Below, piece by piece: positions 60,314 through 64,000 of a stretch of DNA of 64,000 bases. The notes under the pieces were generated by a model that saw only the letters and a program-made list of their open reading frames with translations, searched no databases and was not told where the DNA came from. How positions within the stretch are numbered: the first letter of the stretch is position 1; the number at the start of each line of letters is the position of its first letter. The position numbers and the translations under genes were made by a program. Source of the stretch: Phoronis australis (Eukaryota > Animalia > Phoronida); assembly GCA_002633005.1 (NCBI GenBank), contig NMRA01000031.1:1252542-1316541 (forward strand), written 5' to 3'.

Positions 60314-61591
60314 TCACACTATGTGGTATGAATATTCTCCGTTGCTTAGATATAGCATTCCTTTGTTGACACCGGGCGCACGACGGCAGCTCCAGTCAGC
60401 GAGAAAGAAGGCGACAATGATCCAAGTAACACATGCTGCTGTACCGCCGACTATGGGAAGAAACATGGAGATCTTGCCGCCTGAAAAAGAGGGATGCCTG
60501 TAGCCGCGGTGTTCCCTGATATGTGCATACAACTAATTTTTTTCTGGGAACGTCCTTGTGGGCTCCCGAGCCTCCTGGCTGCATAGTCTTATGGGACAGC
60601 AGCTTCAAAACCTAATGCGCCACCTTAGCGGATTAACTGCAGCCGGGACTTAAAGCTCAGCTCAAGTTCGGGTCACCTCTCCCCAATGCAAAAAAATCCA
60701 CCATCGGCAATTTTCACTGCCAACATGTTATTATAAAATGGCATTTCCTGACAACTACATTTACGTAAATGACACAGGACAGATGGAGATCTTCATTGCT
60801 TTTTGAATTTGTTATGACATTATATACTAATAAATATCGTTTTTCAGATTGAGCAATATTATTTTTTATTTTCTGAGTTATTTTAAGTTTTATGCCTCGT
60901 TGGAGATTTTTTCTTGAGGGATTCCTTGTTGTCTTTTAATCCAGCATTATATTATCCTTTCATGTAGCGACTTGATTGCACTTGATTGATTTCGCTGGTT
61001 CCGCCAGATCAACCGGTTAACACACTTCATTGGTTCTCGGTGACGACTTCTAGCTTACAGACCAATCAGATGTCTGAGCCGGATGACCCGACGGAACCGG
61101 CGAAGTCGAACTAATGAAAGAGGACAATTGGAACAAACTTTGAATTTGCCTTTAGTCCAAAAAGTTGGCTCTATTCTCAATGTTTTTGATTATCGAGCCT
61201 GTTGTGCAGTATTTTGTTTATTTACACACTTTCTCAAAAAGGAAATCGACTCAAGGCTTGGCAATTCTGAGTGTTTCAAATCTTGGTAACATTTGCGCAG
61301 CTTTTCAAAAACAACAGACTTTGGTTGAAATCAAAGCAGCCACGTGAGCGTTTTTTTTTTTCTTTAAATCGGTGAGCGCAGGTCTCAAAATGATTCGGGG
61401 CGCAGACCAGAACCAACTGGAGTGTCTGCTTTTTAGGCATTACCGGTTTTCTTGGGAACCTGGGGCCGCAGTCCCTCTGTTGACTCTTCAGCTATGTCTG
61501 ACTCTTCAGCTATGTCTGGTCTGACCACAGGGCGCGCTTCAGCCAAGAGACTTCCTCCGAGGATGGAAATGAGAAGAAAGAACGCACTCAT
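60314..61591 (-). CDS. Uncharacterised 104-aa type I single-pass membrane microprotein; coding exons 61444-61591 and 60314-60480
   Basis: GCCATG start, signal-peptide-like N-terminus, phase-1 GTAATG donor, ctctttttcag acceptor, TM segment followed by CRR, stop after YHIV; upstream acceptor at 61618-61619; AATAAA (minus) at 59449-59454. Confidence 0.75.
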
Positions 61592-62115
61592 GGCGTTGTC
61601 GTGAGATGTATATTTGACTGGAAGAATAAAAGATCAAAACACTACAGAAAATTCGTAGATCTTAGAGAAGAAACACCATTTTAAGCCTTTCAGTATGGTA
61701 CTTTGTCGTTTACTCTAAAGAGTCAAAGTTACGAATGTTTTATGTCTATATAAAGATATTTTGAAGCAAGCACACATCAATATTTTTGAAAAAATAAATG
61801 TTACAATCAAAAAACTACAAACCTTTTTCAACCGTAATGAACTTGATAATTCTTTTACTGAATTCGCTCTTTGACTTCGATTAAGCAACGTTGAACTTTA
61901 ACGATTTCACGCTGTCGTTTGTTCTTTGTGACGTCAGCGTTGAATGACGTAACCACATTCACAGTCGCCAAAATAGAGATTGGTCAGATACAAAACAAGC
62001 TGCCGATTTTCCAATTAAAAATGTATGGGGACGTCTGTAAGTGCCACACGATCGTACTTGAAGTTCAAAAACTCCCCTATTTGTTTTAAAAATCTAGAAC
62101 AGAAAATAAGTTTCA

Positions 62116-62382
62116 CATGCGCCAACCCGGGGGGGTGGGGGCTCAGGGGCTCAAACGAGACCCCCCATTTGGCGAAATGGGCAAAAAGATTTGCCTCAGA
62201 GAAACAAAAAGTCCGAGAAAACGAGAGAATAGTATACAGGAATTCAGCATGAATGCACAATTCTCATGGTCTGAACGTAGTACTAATTTTTGTTTTTTTT
62301 TTAGTTCCCGTTTCAGTTTTCAGTAAATGGTCTACATACTGGAATATTCCAGCCCCCATATTTCAGGTTAAGTGTGCGCATA
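62116..62382 (+). mobile_element. Third copy of the same MITE family, 5-bp TSD TTTCA
   Basis: Shared internal sequence; tttca at 62111-62115 and 62383-62387. Confidence 0.8.
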
Positions 62383-62682
62383 TTTCATGAAGTGAAAGAC
62401 ATCACGCACTAGGAACAAATTTCCCGAGTTTACATCGGTATGAACAACTATGGTGGCCATTTTGTTGACGCACCATTAAAAACTGCAGGAACCAAGACAT
62501 CCATTCTGTTTATGCTGAATCTAGGACTATAATGAAAGTGCTGAATACAGCTACTAAGTTGTTTCAAACGGAGAGGTGTCTTTGAACATTGCGTAATTAT
62601 CCATGCAAACCGCACACTTAAACTTCAGCATGAGCAAAACGCAGTATGAAAAACAATTAAAAGTTAACGTCTTTTGGATATA

Positions 62683-62798
62683 ATCAAAAACCGGACGATC
62701 GCCGCACAAATAAAAAAGTTCATGTTCAATTCAACGGATCGAAACGTTGAATTGAACATGAACTACTTTATTTGTGTGGCGATCGTCCGGTTTTTGAT
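62683..62798. repeat. Near-perfect palindrome, 54-bp arms, 8-nt loop
   Basis: 62683-62736 versus 62745-62798, about 3 mismatches. Confidence 0.92.
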
Positions 62799-64000
62799 CT
62801 TATTGTGGCCAGAAACTGACTTAATTAACAATATCTTTTGGATATACCAATTGGTAATTGAGACGCTTATTAAATTAACACGTTAATTACCGTTCCACGC
62901 ACGAGCAATTCTACTGGATGGATAACTTAGGAATAAATCGTAATTACCAAGAGAAAACGTAAATTTTGTGTGACGCATTTCGAGGCTCCTTAATTAACAC
63001 AGCGGGCGTCACCGAGCAAAGTAAACACTATCAAAAAGTCCAAATATCTTTGAAGAGGGAAATGCACAGAAAGCAACTGCAAATATCAAGAAATGACGAG
63101 TAGAAACAATCTTCTTTGAAAGAAGAATAAAGGAAACTTTGCATCCTCTGTCACTGTCAGCCTCAATAATTTAGACCTCTGTCTTCAGGAGCCGGTGCAA
63201 TGTGAACAGCGACATATAGGAATCTCCCATTACTCTGACGGATATTTTTTGCGGATAGCTGGGGTGAACTTGTCCATCACAACTGGCAACAATAAGTCTT
63301 TATTGTCTTATTGACGTAATATTTCCTATCATATTATCTTTATTATGAGCTCCTCTTTGACTAATGATATTTTCTAATAATAAAACTAAAAACCGAGGCC
63401 TTAATTCAGTCAAAATATTTAGGGACAGCACAAGCACAACCTGTTTTCACAAGCCCATAAATACGTGGTAGATTTAGGCAACTTAGTTGAGTTGGGGTGA
63501 TGAAATAGGCCGCTACTGGATGAAATGTCATGGACTAAAACTGATGCATTCTCAATCTGTCGTGACTCCTGAAATTGAATCCTCCGTGGAAAGTTATTCT
63601 GCAATGATTTTCCAGAATAAATATGGTGTGATGAATGTTTTAGCCAAAAATGATTCAGTAAAAAGCCTTTGTTACCCGTTGATAAAAGTTTTCCAATGAG
63701 CTTTGGTAACCGGGTACATATCTAGTATATCATTTGTGAGCTCTACTTGAACAAAAAATCGCGAAAACGCTTCACATAAAGATAAGCTGTTATCTGATCT
63801 CAGTTGAAAACCGCTTTTGTTTGGAGTTGATTTTACAGGAGGATATTTGAAATAAGTTCATGTGGGCCGGACACATTGGCAAAACTACTGCTTTTTAAGA
63901 ATCGGAAGTTGTTTAGTAAATCATATACGTTTCAGCTATTGCGTTTATTTTGCACTGGAATTAGTCAGAGAGACGTGTCAAGTCCTATATATCCACCCTT

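Overview
AT-rich animal genomic DNA with introns, most consistent with a bilaterian invertebrate. About 54.6 kb is occupied by one minus-strand tensin gene. I traced 24 GT-AG coding exons with consistent phase (about 1690 codons): C1 domain, PTEN-like phosphatase, C2 domain, a long Q/S/G-rich repetitive middle, then SH2. The rest of SH2 and the PTB domain lie left of the window. The phosphatase P-loop is [10 protein letters not shown], an intact CX5R identical to the voltage-sensing phosphatase motif, unlike the degenerate motif of vertebrate TNS1. The 5' end shows signs of alternative first exons and promoters. Upstream is a two-coding-exon gene only partly visible in the ORF track, encoding a 104-aa signal-peptide plus single-TM microprotein. 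Introns and intergenic DNA hold a Penelope-like RT fragment, a minimal hammerhead-like motif inside a long inverted repeat, two non-autonomous DNA transposon families with 5-bp TSDs, other MITEs, tRNA-derived SINE heads, minisatellites, and two N-gap duplications that look like uncollapsed haplotypes. All calls come from manual reading; no searches were run.
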